DNA of 64,000 bases from Antedon mediterranea (taxonomy: Eukaryota > Animalia > Echinodermata). Made by a program: the position numbers and the translations under genes. The notes under the pieces were generated by a model. The model worked only from the letters and a program-made list of their open reading frames with translations. It did no database searches and was not told the origin of the DNA. The stretch lies in NCBI RefSeq assembly GCF_964355755.1, contig NC_092672.1, positions 2,232,001 to 2,296,000 on the forward strand, given 5' to 3'. Below, one piece after another: positions 11,915-26,900 of this stretch (position 1 is the stretch's first letter; every line of letters begins with the position of its first letter).

Positions 11915-14900
11915 TCATTTATTTTTTTCTCCCGTTGGTTTACTTTTATTGACATATTTGAGGTATTCTATTTCTCCATCCAGGTCCTGCAGATCTTGTC
12001 TTAATTGATAGTTTAATTGTTTCAAAGAACCTAGCAAGAAAAAAAATGAACTTATAATTTAATAATATTCCACACATTGGAAAACATAGTATAACAAGCA
12101 AAAGTCATGTCAAAGGTCATGTTTTATTTAATTAAGAAATGTAATAAAGAAACCCAAAGTTTTTTTTAGGTTTTGTAAGAAAAAAATCAGTGGTTCTAAT
12201 TGTACTACTGTATATTAAACTAGTTTAAAATAAAAGTGTGACATGCTCAAATATGGTAGTGATATGCTCAAATATGGTAGTGATATGCTCAAATATGGTA
12301 GTGATATGCTCAAATATGGTAGTGATATGCTCAAATATGGTAGTGATATGCTCAAATATGGTAGTGATATGCTCAAATATGGTAGTGATATGCTCAAACA
12401 TGGTAGTGATATGCTCAAATATGGTAGTGATATGCTCAAATATGGTAGTGATATGCTCAAATATGGTAGTGACATGCTCAAATATGGTAGTGACATGCTC
12501 AAATATGGTAGTGATATGCTCAAATATGGTAGTGATATGCTCAAATATGGTAGTGACATGCTCAAATATGGTAGTGATATGCTCAAATATGGTAGTGATA
12601 TGCTCAAATATGGTAGTGACATGCTCAAATATGGTAGTGATATGCTCAAATATGGTAGTGATATGCTCAAACATGGTAGTGATATGACATCATCATGTCC
12701 ATATATGGGCACAATTTCTTATCACATAAAGTTTGATAGTGTAGACAGAGCTTAAGGAATTTAATATTGGACCAGCTATGAAAAACATCTTTTCGTTTAC
12801 ACATTCCGGCATTTAAAAAGGTTTCCATCGCTCCATAAACTTCAATGTGTTTAAGTATGTCCTTATAAAATAAGATAAAAAATATATATAGAAAAATAAG
12901 TCTATCACATTTCAGGGACATTCATTTCATGTTGGAACCAGCTATGTTAATATTCTCGCCTCAAAATACTAAAATATTCAAGGTGTTCTAATTCTGGCAT
13001 GATAAAGTGTTTTATCTACGAAACGTAAAACAGTTAGCACAATCATAATAATTAATAACTTCCCAGTGTTAGCAATCCATTATATTATGGATGCTCACAA
13101 GATGATTCATCCGGTGAAATTCATTAAACAGATCTAGTTTAAATTAATATTTCATTACAATAATCTTTCAATATTAATTGGTGTGCTGTGTGGCCTGTTT
13201 CTAAATTAGTATTGTCAGGTATCCCTTCTACAAATTGCCTGAAAAGGCTACACAGAATGGTTGTGGTCTTAAGCTCTGTCTACACTATCAAACTAGTTTG
13301 ACAAAAAAAGTGTGATGTGCCCAAATATGGTAGTGATATGATGTCATCATGTCCATATATTTTATATTTTTGTTTTGAGGAGCCTATTCACTACAAGCTA
13401 TGCTTTCATTTAAGCTCCTCCACTTTATATATGCTATTAGTAAGGTAAATGAAATGAAATCATATTTTTTTGTCACATAAAGTTTGATAGTGTAGACAGA
13501 GCTTAAGATTGTTGATAAGATATTTACCAGAATCGGCTGGTCCTGTGGCCAGGTCTAGGCTAGCTGTGTGCTGCATCGTATCCTTCACATTGGCCTGTGA
13601 CTTGGGTTTGTATCTGACATGGGGTGGGGTCGCTGACGGGGTAGGTGGGATTTTGTCAATTCTTGAATCATCTGAAACAAAGCATATTATAAAAAATACA
13701 TAAAATTATACAGGACTTTAATTAACAAATTCTGGCTTGTGTGCACTTTAAAGAACCCAGTTCATCTTTCGGTAAAGAGTGTCACAGTCTTTCTCACTTC
13801 TGTCGAGTGCATATGAGCAATAGCAGACCCTTCTGAGGGAAGGAAGCAAATGAAAATTGCACATACAGGTTATTCCCCTAAATTTACATATTTTTAAGAG
13901 ACATTATAAAATTCACCAATTGGCAAACTGACACAGTATAAGCATAGTTATGTATGGATGCACACATTAGTGCAGAGGCGGATCCAAATTAAGCTCAGCC
14001 CTTCTTTTCACCATTTTTAGGTCCTTGGTCCCCCTATTTCAAATGGATCCACCACTGCATTAGTGCATACAATTACCTAAGGACATTTGTTTGCGTAAGC
14101 CAGGCTTAGAATGCTTCATACTTGGTTGTTGTGGTTTTGGTTCAGTCTTCGTCGATACAGACTTAGTTTTTGTCCAAGCATTTTGCTTGGTTTTTGCTTT
14201 GTAACTAGTAACTGGCTGTTTGCTGCCACCAATCTGTCTATTTGCTGCCTTTTTTCCCAGGGTCTTTTTAGTGCTGTGGTCTTCTGTATGCAAATTAGTT
14301 TTAATATTTGAGTTGTGATTGGCTTCAAGCTTGGCAGTGACATCTGTAAAATAAAATTATTTATTCATTTAAGATTAATAAAACAGCAATACTGATGATA
14401 ATGATATTAACTGTGCAATAACTTTTTAAAACTTTTAAGATTTTTTATTTTAATTACCGTATTATATTTGTAACATTTAAATTTATTTTAATAATTAAAA
14501 GAATATTGAAAAATTGTATTAAGCTCTGTCTACACTATCAAACTTTATGTGACAACAAAATGTGATGTGCCCATATATGGACATGATGATGTCATATCAC
14601 TACCATATTTGGGCATATCACTACCATATTTAAGCATATCACTACCATATTTGGGCACATCACACTTTTTTTTGGCCAAATTAGTTTAATAGTGTAGACA
14701 GAGTTTTATGACATTGGCAGCTTGCAACATATTAATTATTTGTCAAAACTGTCCGCAACAACGACTTCTGATGGAAGGTTAGCTGTACTCACCCATCTTG
14801 TCTCTAGTAGATGGAAGTGACGGTATATAGATATCAGTCTGGCGAGACTGGCCAGTAATCTGGTTGTGTGAATCTGTTTGGGCTAGCATACCACTTCCTG

Positions 14901-17900
14901 TTGTAGAACCCATATTAGGAGGTGTATTTGCATAACCAAGCTGTGTATTAGAATATCCAGGTGAGGTGTTATACTGCCCAGGTGGTGTAGTTAAATACAC
15001 AGGTGGATTTTGGTGCCCAGGTGGCATATTTGAATAACCAGGAGATCGCTGTTGATTTCCAGGTGAGCCATACGCATTTCCAGGTGGATGTTGGTAATGT
15101 CCAGGTGGCATGTACTGCTGACCATGTGGGATGTGTTCTTGATTGATCTCATTATGACCCTTACTATCACTGAAAGTTAAATTTATATTAAAAAAATTAT
15201 GTTTTTACAAATGGTCCACAGTGAGTCAAAATAATTATAGAAAGATAACATCAATGCAAACATTAAAAAAAATGTGGTATTTTTTTTTTATTATAGAAAA
15301 ATATACGATAAATTATTAATTTACTATTTCTATAAATAGGAGATAAAACAAGTAAATGATAACACAAGAATTTAAGACTATTACACATACCTGTGAGGCA
15401 GACTGCCTTGCCTATTAACATGGCCGTGTTGTTGCCGTGAATCTGGTTGAGAAGCAGGAGGGAAAGACTTGTGTGTTTGAGGTGAGGCATACTTCTTTCT
15501 GGCTAACCTTTGACCTGAGGAATCGTGATTTGACTGTGTGTTTGAACTATGTGCGGCTGCATAGCCATGTTGTGTTTGATGACCATTTGCCTGTTTTCTA
15601 TAACCATTCGGAACTCCTTTAACGTTGTCAACCGGCGGCAACGACTTGGATACCTACAGCAAAAATAGAGAGTTGGCAGTTAAAGTGAGTTTCTAGCACA
15701 AATCTTGAATCAACTTAATAATTTAAAATATAAGACATATCATACTACTTTAAATAAAATTACATACAAAACTAGAAGGGCACTCAGAGAGCGCAAACCT
15801 CCGTCTAGGTGTATGAAAAATGAATGACGTATTTCCATACACCTATGAAACCATCCTTTAAAATCTTATGAAAATCGGACAATAACTTTTTGAGTAATCA
15901 TGCTAACTAACCAACATAGAAAACAAACACACACACCAACACACGCTATCGACTATGTAACCTCTTGTCATTCTGTCGGAGGTGACAAATGCATACTACC
16001 AATTATTTAAGTTTACCTGTTTCCATGGTGATTCATCAACCCACACTTCCCCATTCCGTGCTACTTCTTGTTGGTTCGTCGGTCCAACATCTTGAGGTGA
16101 TAAACCCTGTCTCCATGGTGACTGCGGCAGAGGATTTTGGGAAGACAGGCGATTCTGAGGTGAGCCGGCCACGTTTTTAGTTAAAGGGGGTATTGAGGTG
16201 GGTGGACTGATTTTGGAATCAAGTGGGACCGGGGATAGTGAAGCATTACTGCTGAAATCTGAGACATGGCTGCGGACAGTAGTGGCTGATAGTAAGTGGA
16301 TAGAGCTACCTTGAAACTTGCTAGGTAACGGTGAAGAACTGAATGCCCTGTGAAAAAAATAGAGATAGTTGACCTCTGAGTTTTGTGACCTTTTTCAAAG
16401 CTATAATATTGATTTTTTTTTTAAATTTCTGTCTCCTAATAGGGGTTGGTCATATGTGTTAAACACAGTCGAATCCATATTAAGAGGACACCTTCAGGAC
16501 CTAACAAGGTGTCTCAATAGGTCTTTAATAGGGGTTGGTAATAGTGTTGAACACAGTAGAATCCATATTAAGAGGACACCTTCAGGTCCCAACAAGGTGT
16601 CTCAATAGGTCTTTAATAGGGGTTGGTCATATTTGTTAAACACAGTAGAATCCATATTAAGAGCACACCTTCAGGACCCAACAAGGTGTCTCAATAGGAG
16701 TGTCTCTTTAATAGGTCATAGTGTTGAAGCATATATTGGCCCTCGAAGTGTATCTTTAATAGATGTTCTTATGTACAATTTCTATGGCATATTTCAAGTG
16801 AATAACAACTTTGATATTACTATAGAGATTATAATGTTTTTATGACAGGTTGTATACTGTCCAGAGGGTTAATAACCTTAAGATTTGTTAAGAATCAAAA
16901 TTGATAAAATAACATCCAACACACCTGCCGACTGAGTCCAATTTCCTGGTTAGCCGTTCATTATCTCGCGACAGTTTCTCATGTTCACGTGCACTGTGTT
17001 CTTTGATTCCTTGTAGGTTTGAGTTTTCGGTACGAAGGGTTTCGTTTTCTATCATGTACTGTTGCAACATCTCATAGAGGCCACTATCGACTGCCGATCT
17101 GATACTAGAGGCTGCGGAAACGGTCCTAAAATGAAAACATTACGATGTAATTAAGTTTCATTAATTCTGTCCCATACTTTTCCACATGAGCTCAAACACC
17201 TAAATAATGAGTTGGATTGTTGAATGGGGCTTACTACTAATTACCCAACACCATTTTTAATTTTTTAAAAGCATGAGTTTAACAACCTCTAATGAACTTA
17301 TAAATGAACGTACTGTTCTCAATATAAATATCAATATGCATGGAATCCATCTTTTGAGACACTCCAATTATGGAACACCTTTATTCAGGGACATGCTTAA
17401 TGTTACCATTTTATGACTAGGTCCAACACCTATTTAGGGGACACTCCAATTCCGGGACATGTTTATTAAAGGGTACCTTTTTATGACTAGGTCCAACACC
17501 TATTTAGGGAACACTCCTATTCCGGGACATGTTTATTAAAGGGTACCTTTTTATGACTAGGTCCAACACCTATTAGGGGACACTCCTATTCCAGGACATG
17601 TTTATTAAAGGGTATCTTTTTATGACTAGGTCCAACACCTATTTAGGGGACACTCCTATTCCGGGACATGTTTATTAAAGGGTATCTTTTTATGACTAGG
17701 TCCAACACCTATTTAGGGGACACTCCTATTCCGGGACATGTTTATTAAAGGGTACCTTTTTATGACTAGGTCCAACACCTATTTAGGGGACACTCCTATT
17801 CCGGGACATGTTTATTAAAGGGTACCTTTTTATGACTAGGTCCAACACCTATTTAGGGGACACTCCTATTCCAGGACATGTTTATTAAAGGGTACCTTTT

Positions 17901-20900
17901 TATGACTAGGTCCAACCCCTATTTAGGGGACACTCCTATTCCAGGACATGTTTATTAAAGGGTACCTTTTTATGACTAGGTCCAACACCTATTTAGGAGA
18001 CACTCCTATTCCAGGACATGTTTATTAAAGGGTACCTTTTTATGACTAGGTCCAACCCCTATTTAGGGGACACTCCTATTCCAGGACATGTTTATTAAAG
18101 GGTACCTTTTTATGACTAGGTCCAACACCTATTTAGGGAACACTCCTATTCCAGAACATGTTTATTAAAGGGTACCTTTTTATGACTAGGTCCAACACCT
18201 ATTTAGGGGACACTCCTATTCCGGGACATGTTTATTAAAGGGTATCTTTTTATGACTAGGTCCAACACCTATTTAGGGAACACTCCTATTCCAAGACATG
18301 TTTATTAAAGGGTACCTTTTTATGACTAGGTCCAACACCTATTTAGGGGACACTCCTATTCCAGGACATGTTTATTAAAGGGTACCTTTTTATGACTAGG
18401 TCCAACACCTATTTAGGGGACACTCCTATTCCGGGACATGTTTATTAAAGGGTATCTTTTTATGATTATAGGTCCAACACCTATTTAGGGGACACTCCCA
18501 TAACTTGGTTCTACTGTATCTTGAAATCTTACCCTTCTACATGTCTGCTATTATTATTCTCTTCCTTCTCAGTGTTCATAACTTTTGTTGTGTTTTGATT
18601 ACTATTGTTAGAATCTGCACGTAACGTGTCGGTGGATGAGCTAGAACTGAGTGGTTTATCAGGGACAGCAATCTTTCTAGCACCAGGCTTTGCAGTTCCA
18701 GGGAAGTCAAGACGCCCTCTGAGGTACTGGTTCTCTGTCCGCAGAAGTTTAACTTCTCTCTTCAGACTCATAATTAATCTCTCTCTTGGATCCTACAAAG
18801 TAAAAGGAATGAATATTATATTGCAAATCTATGGACACATATACATGTATTATAAAATATTTTAAAATTTATTTAGGCTAAATAAAGATTACTGTTCTTC
18901 CATAGGACCCAAGAACACAAGAACACTTTATTCTCATAAAATGAACATAAAAATGAAAAATACATCAAATATAAAAAACACAAAAGTCATCCCACATTCT
19001 AATTTCTAAATAATTATGTGGATTTTAATATGAACACAAAAAAAGCAAACACCGGCAATATTTTTTTATATGTTTCTGGATCTGCTTCAGGTGTTTTTAG
19101 AATCTAAGAACAAATACTTTAATTCTGTAGCTTAAAATGATGCGAGAGCAGGTGGTGATTGTGACAATGTCTTGATTTGATCACATGATTTGATGACTTT
19201 TGATGAAAGAGTAGACAATCATCAAATGCATTAGTGTCTATTTATGTTACTATTACGGTATTATAATATTCATATTTTCCGATATGAAAAAACACATTAA
19301 GAATAATGAATGAAAAGTTGTTTAAAACAATGCATTTCTCTCTGGCTGTATTATATATTTTATTATGATTTAAGCTCTGTCTACACTATCAAACTTTATG
19401 TGACAAAATGTGATGCGTCCATATAATGGACATGATGATGTCATATCACAACCATATATAAGCATATACCACCGTATTTGGGCACATCACAATTTTGTTG
19501 ACAAACTAATTTGATAGTGTAGACAAAGCTTAAATATTCTGCTCATTTCTATTTCTGTTGAAAGGTTAAACCCATTACCCTTAGCAACAATCAACTTGTA
19601 AATTTATAATTGGAACCGAGATTAACAGAAATATAAAGGAAATCTGTGGTTGCATATTCCCTAAAACTATAATCGTGTTGTTTCTGAGATAATAAAAATC
19701 AAATATTGTAACAAGTTACAAATATTATTGTTGTTATGCAACTTAGCAGGGTAAAGAAAGGGCTCAGTAGTAAGACTGACCTAAATCAAATAGTATCTTA
19801 TGTAATTTATGTATCAATAAACAGCTTGCCAGGAGCTGGGCTAACAAACTACCGTCAAATTGCCCTAAATCTCAGAGAAGAATGTGTAATTTCCTATCAA
19901 TTTAAACATACTTATCATTTTGATATTTTGAAATGCATACTCTGGTTCAGGATAAATATATTAATTGTTTATTTGCTATAAATAGTAACAGTTTCTAAGC
20001 AGAACTTAATTATCCTACAGTTGAATTTTAGTATCATAAACATAATATTCTAATTTCAGGTTAGAGTGCACTCACGGAAAACTCAAAATAATCATGGAAA
20101 CTATATCACTTCACATCATCTAGGCTCTAGAGTATAATTCCGGGGTGCGCACCTTACAAAATGTAGGTGTTATCTGTTAAACTCTAGAATTTACACACCA
20201 GGGTGCACACCATACAAAATCTAGTTGTTCACACCCCCCTGTGTGTGTTAAACTTTGGAGTTTTCTACAGTAGCCGAGTGAACTTAGTATTAGTAAACTC
20301 TTATATAATTATTCATTGTATCTCGCCACATTTTATAGGCAGTACTAAGCCTGTCCTGTAGCCTGTATATATGTTTTTAGTAAAAGGGATATTCACCTGT
20401 GACAGTAACAGACTTACGAAATATTGGCAAAATGCCAAAACAAGTAATAGTACAATAGTTTATGATCCCAAATAACAATGTGGTCGCATGTGGTCTTACC
20501 ATTATAACAACTGGCTTATTCTTGATACGTTTGGCCCTGTTAGCGTACCGTAGCGTACTAAGTGATTCTCCACAACTGTATGAAGATGGTGAAATGCAAG
20601 CGATCTAAGGGAATAAAATATACATTATACAAACAGAGTTTGGGTTGATTTTTTTTCATTCTTAGAAATATTCTCATCTAACCAATTACATGTACAAAGT
20701 TCAAATTGAAATTGACATTTATTTTCCTCAAACTACATATCAAATATTTGATATCTATAATACTTATTTTTTATATTTGCTAAGTAAACACAACGTCACA
20801 CATATTTCTAAAATTAAATTGTAATATAATTGTTGCGTAAATAAATCGATGTGATCAACAACATGGCAACTTTGGAATTTATTTCTTCTCAGACTGCATA

Positions 20901-23900
20901 TCAAATATTTGATACCTAATAATACTTGTATATTTGTTAATTAAACACCAAGTATAACTACTGTGTGTTACTGTTAATTACTTAAATAGTTTAATTAATA
21001 ATCAAATAAAAACAAAATGCATATAGTACTTAGATTATGAAAATTAAACACTGTAGAAATAACAGATATCTAAACGAATTTGTTTTTCGTGCTTTCAATG
21101 ACAAATAATGTACTGAATCACCTTGTTGTTTATTTTATAGTGTATCTTTATTACAACTCTTTACTTGTTTATATTTATTTTACTTACTGTATATATATTT
21201 TGTATGTCATTGTATTTTTATGTGTGAATTTGTGCCTGTAAAAAAATTCTGCAAGGACCAATTAAATCTCAATCTTGTAATGTAGTATTACATAAACAAA
21301 TCTAAAATATTGACTATCCAAATTGACCAATATTTCCACCTAAAAGTTTGATAAAAATAATAAATGAGGGCTTATACAGTATAGTGCATTATACAAATAC
21401 ACACAATGAGCAAAGAAATAAAAAGTGGAAAACTAAGAGAAAAAAGGAGTTAAAACAGTGAGTTTTCAGAGCAGCCTTAAAATAAGCAATTGGTAAACGT
21501 AATTTACGTCAATTTATATACATACAGTATGCCGGATTGTTTACGTACCATAAGTGTGACTCCGTTTCCTCCTAAGCTATCTGCTAATAGTTTGGTTAGT
21601 TTACTGTCTCTGTAAGGTATATGCCCTGACCGTTTACGAGAGTCTCCAAGAGATGATATGCAATTACCTGCACAATTAACAAATAATATAAAATAATAAC
21701 CAATAAATAAAAATTAATTTTAAAGTAATTTTAAGAGTAAAAAAACTTTTAGTAACATGCAAGTAACTTGACTTTCAATCAACATGTCTACACTATCAAA
21801 CTAGTTTGACAAAAAAGTGTGATGTGCCAAAATATGGTAGTGATATGCCCAAATATGGTAGTGCTGTGACATCATCAGGTCCATATATGGGTTAATCACA
21901 TGTTTTTTGTCGCATAAAGTTTGATAGTGTAGACAAAGCTTTACGAAAAAAAGTGCAAGAAATGCTAGAACAAGTATAAACAAGATGTTGTAATACTAAC
22001 CTAAAGTTAATAGACTTTTGTTGATATTTGTTGTCTCACAGAGAAGTTCACCTGTTGACGATCCTAACTCTTTCACTTTTTCGCTGCCAGCTAAATCTAC
22101 AAACGCAAGACGACCGTGCTTGCTTATATACAGGCCTTCATCATCGGGATCAACCTAACAAATAAAATGTATTAAGCTCTGTCTACACTATCAAATGACT
22201 GACTTTCTTGGCGTTTTGATCAATATACTTTGATTATCAACAGCTCAACAGTTCATTTAGAATTATATGTATGTGGTGGACCGCAAACTTTAAATTATAT
22301 CAACATTAACTTTTCGCCATCACAGACCTTCAAACAAAGGAGACATTGTTTGCAACAATTGGAGAAGTTGTTGTAAAGTAAAGAAAGCTAAGATTTTATT
22401 ATTAAACTAGGAGAGTAAGGGAACATCTCTTTTGATAAGAAAAAGTATATATCTTGGTATATTTTATTCAAAAATTCACATTTAAAAGTACATACAAGGC
22501 AGCACATGGCTGAATTGCATATATGTATTCAACTATTAAAAAATAAAAATATTTAAACTATAGACAACAATATATAAATATATGAAAACGAATAAGTTGG
22601 ACTGCAGTAACTAAAAAAATACAAGCAAACAAATAAATAAATTAAAGTTTGTTCAAAAGTTCAACCATAAAAGCAACTGGACTAGTCTGGAAACGTTTTG
22701 TTTTATAACTTATAATCATTTTCCACTTAACGATTATGTCTAAGGGTCATGCAAGATCTGTACTGTATGGTGAAGTAGTAATTAAAAAAAAAACTTTTAT
22801 CTAAAAACCGTCAAGAAAAAATGTCAATTTACCATTTCACTGTCTATATGCAATGTCATTATTGTATGACTTCTGCTGGAATGTTCATTAATGTTATTTG
22901 TTGCAATCTGTCTCTGACTCATCCCTAAAAAACATAAATACATAAATACATTAACAACATGATATATTTAATAAAAAACCTCAGTACTTCTCTACAGGTG
23001 TATATCTGTTTTAATTCAACAAGGTGACTTAATGCAGGGGAAAAGACCCCAGGGTTTTACTCCTAAAGCTTGGTTCCCACTAAGAAGTAACGCAAGGACG
23101 TAGACACAGTACAAGCAAGTTAACCTATCACACGCGACTGTTCGAATAATAGATTGCTTAAGATTGGTCAAATTACTTGCTATTGCGTTACGTTCTTGTG
23201 TTGTGTCCTAGTGGGAACCAAGCATAAGGGGCTCTCCAATGCTGGGTAGTTGAATTGCTTATGCTCTGGGGCTCCTTAAGCTTTATGAGCGCTCATAGCC
23301 GTTTATGCCACTGCCAAAAGGTAGCACAAAAAGGTAATTCTACTTTTCATGATTTATCAACAACAAAAAACAATGATGGTGATGTATATTTTGCTTTTTT
23401 TACAATCAGCCAGAATGGTGTATGGTTTTTATTAATATTGTTATGTTTTAAGTTAAATTTGTGCTTATATTTTGTGTGTGTTTTCTGGAGAATTAAATTA
23501 ATATATGATATGATTTGTGTGCTATTTGTTTCTCTCTGTGTTTTTTTAACATATCTTAGATTTTTATTACTGATTGCTGTGCTTTTGCTTGCCTTTTTGT
23601 GTACTTTTAAAACATTTTATGAATCTTTGCATACCAAAACCAAATAAATTTCCCCGGAGTTTGGGATAATAAAGTTTTATTGAATTGAATTGCATAACAT
23701 TGTTCATGGACTTTGCTATGCTAAATGAATGTTTGCTAAAATAAGAAATCTTATATAACAAATTGGCTAAATTTGGACTAAGTTGAACTTGATTGATACA
23801 TCAAATTGATGAGTAATTAAGATAATTAACAATATTTGCAACAGAACACAGCAAATCAATAGAGGCGCATCTGGCAGATGTTTCTTAATGATCAATTTAA

Positions 23901-26900
23901 AAAAAGAAATAATGCAGTGCTTCTTTTGTTTATGGATCAGCCAATCTAGTGTATCTTATACGACTGTAGTGAGCATTTTCTTAAAGATTCTTACAGTTCT
24001 AGAGGTTTGACAGAGCTGTACAATATACTAATTCATTAAATAAAAAGATTACATGTTATTAAACTACACCTTTTAATAGCAGCATTGAATAACGGTACAA
24101 GCATGTACTGCAAATAAAAATTGTAAATCAATTTTTTTAAAGCTAAAATTATGTGTTTTGTGAAGCTCTCTAATAACTGTGTTATTTACGAAAATATTCA
24201 TCAAACTACTATGTGGTTCGTTTCACCTTGTGATGTAACAAATGAAATGAACAGTACAGAGTGTGCTGCTTACCAGCTGGATAAACCAACATTAGCCTAA
24301 GTTTAGTACATTACATGCTTAACACCCCTGAAAACAATGGTACAGCCCATAAACTTCATGCCAATTACAGCATCATTATTATATCTTTCTGCAGGGTACA
24401 TCAGGCATGAAATAGACTAAACACACTTGTAGTTAGGTGGTTGCGGTAATTACCTTCTTCAAGAACAGCAAGTACGTCATCCAGCGTCTCGCATTCAACC
24501 ATAAATAGGTTCTCAACGTAAAAGCCTCTATCTTTGGACCACCTCACGGCTAGTGAATCAATACCTGATGGATTCAGTAAATCTTTCACCTGTTAGAAGT
24601 AAACAATACAAAGACTGAATATAATCATTTATTTGTAATCTAAATCTGTGTCTACACTATCAAACTTTATGTGACCAAAAAATGTGATGTGTCCATATGG
24701 ACATGATGATGTCATACCACTACCACACCATACTGAATTTTCACACTTTTTTTGTCAAAGTAATTTGATAGTGTGGACAGAGCTTTAATAATTAAATTAT
24801 ATCTAAATATGAAACCATATAATAATCAAAATTATATACAAAAATTACCAAATAAACTAAACTTAAACTTTATCTTAACTTGAGGTGAGAAGAATGTTTT
24901 TCTCCTTAAACTTTTCTCACAATGCTCATGAAAACAGGGGAGTACTCAGGATTTTTTTTTAACAGGGGAGCATTAACACATAGTCACAGTAGTCTGATAT
25001 CAAAAAGTAGTTTCATTTTAGCTATCAAAGGAGGAAAGCATGCACTCCTAGGGCGCCCCCCCTCGATCTGCCTCTAAACATGTTATTAATTATAACATCC
25101 CACAATGCAACTTTCAAATAATGGTGCATAGACTGCAAAACAAGAAACTTGAATGTTAACGATTTGTGTACAATAAAGACGACATTTAAACAATCACAGA
25201 ATACAATCCATCAAATACTGCTTTAAATCTTAAAAATAGAATGATCATTGGAAGCCTATGACCTTTAAAGTGCTTGTATCGTGTCGACCTCCTGGACAGA
25301 TTCTTATTAATTAGGTTTAATTACGTCTAAAAATACAAGAAATTCTGATAATTGCAATAAAATTAGTATTCATTATAGATTTTACTTGAATATAAAGGCA
25401 CGAATTAGTAAATGTAGAGCTGCAGAATAAAACAGCACATTATTTTGACAACTTTAATATTTATTTAGTTTATGATACGTAATTGAAATAAAAAGGTTCT
25501 GAAAACAGAAAATATAGACAATCTTGCATGACAACTATAATTGATGTTCTTACATGGTACACATGGTTATTGAATGTGTAGTAGATTCTAACATCATTCT
25601 AACACATGATTATAGAATTTGGTTAAAATTTTAAAAAAAGTTAGTGTTAATTTTGTAGGAGGATAGGAAAAGGCTCACTATTTATTAATAGGAGTCTCCC
25701 GCAATATGTTGTTGTCTAGTTAGATTTTCTTAATGTTCTTGAAGGATGTATGGACAAGTACAGGGAAAAATTTCATTTAAAAATTTTGTTTAGCAATATT
25801 GCTAATCAAACTGATTTTTAAGTTGAAAAACATAGTTTTGTATTGTATTTTTTGCTACACAATTTTCAAAATGTGTAGCAGCAATAAGGTTGTTTTGTAT
25901 AGCTTTTTGTTATGCTACACTGGCGAAAATGTTCCCTGAAGTAAGTACCCCCAGGAATGAAGTGCACACTACCCCCACCCCCTCCACTCTTACACGTCTT
26001 TTGTTTATAAAGTACAGTATACACTGGACACGGATTATACTGTTTCTTAATCTAAGACAACACTGTACCGCAAGAACCATGTACTGTAACCAATCAGCAC
26101 AGCAGATATCGGTCACATGTTATTTTCAGCACAAATACAGTTCGATCGAAAAAAAAAACACCTGCAAGTTGTTTTTAAGCTGTTATAAACCGCGGTTAAA
26201 TAGGTTGATGAAAAATATCTGTATTTGTTGGCCTATAACCAATATTGACAGAATGAACCCGGCCTATAAGCGTCCATTATTCTGCAATTTAGCACGAGGC
26301 AATTTGTAAGGTATTACTTTTTTCACCTGTACTGAGTGACAGCAGCCTATGCAGCAAGTTCCGGGTGAATCAACTATTTGTGTAATTTTTCTAATAAGTA
26401 AATCTTGCACTTTTGACTTTGGAAATTAATTATTGATGTTCTAGAATTATTTTGATTGACTTTAATCAAAACAAATCTTTTAAAATTATCACTACTATAC
26501 TAGCTAAACTAACTAAAATGTATGGCAAAGAAAACAAAACAAAACTATTTGTGTAGATGCTAGATGTTATAAATGGTTTATTTTTGTAAAAACAAATATC
26601 AAAATGATATAAACAAGCTACCTGTTTATTATTACAACAAAAGTTATCAAAATAACAACGCAAAATTAACAATAGATAGTAAAGTGATGCATTGTCCGTA
26701 AAAAAAAATAAAAAATGAAGATTAATAAAATCAAACTTTGATTTTTTAGTTTTAATAATGTTGATCACTTCCGTAAAAAAAAAAGCAGAAAAATAATGTT
26801 TTTACAGGTAAATTCAACCAAAAAAATCAATGGCTGGTAGCCAATTTAACAGTTTTTGGCCTTAAATTACATTTCTAAAGGTTTTTTTTCTGATCTAATT

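Noticed and set aside
12215-12755. ORFs of 149-170 aa (MLKYGSD..., IFEHITT..., ISLPYLS...)
   Set aside because: Stop-free readings of a 21-bp intronic minisatellite. The same applies to 60644-60953.
17411-18498. Possible CRISPR array (also 52131-52572 and 7196-7450)
   Set aside because: Head-to-tail repeats with no unique spacers, no cas genes, and a eukaryotic intronic context.
25890-26309. 139-aa ORF
   Set aside because: Begins inside a MITE, is antisense in a KIF12 intron, and has no recognisable motif.
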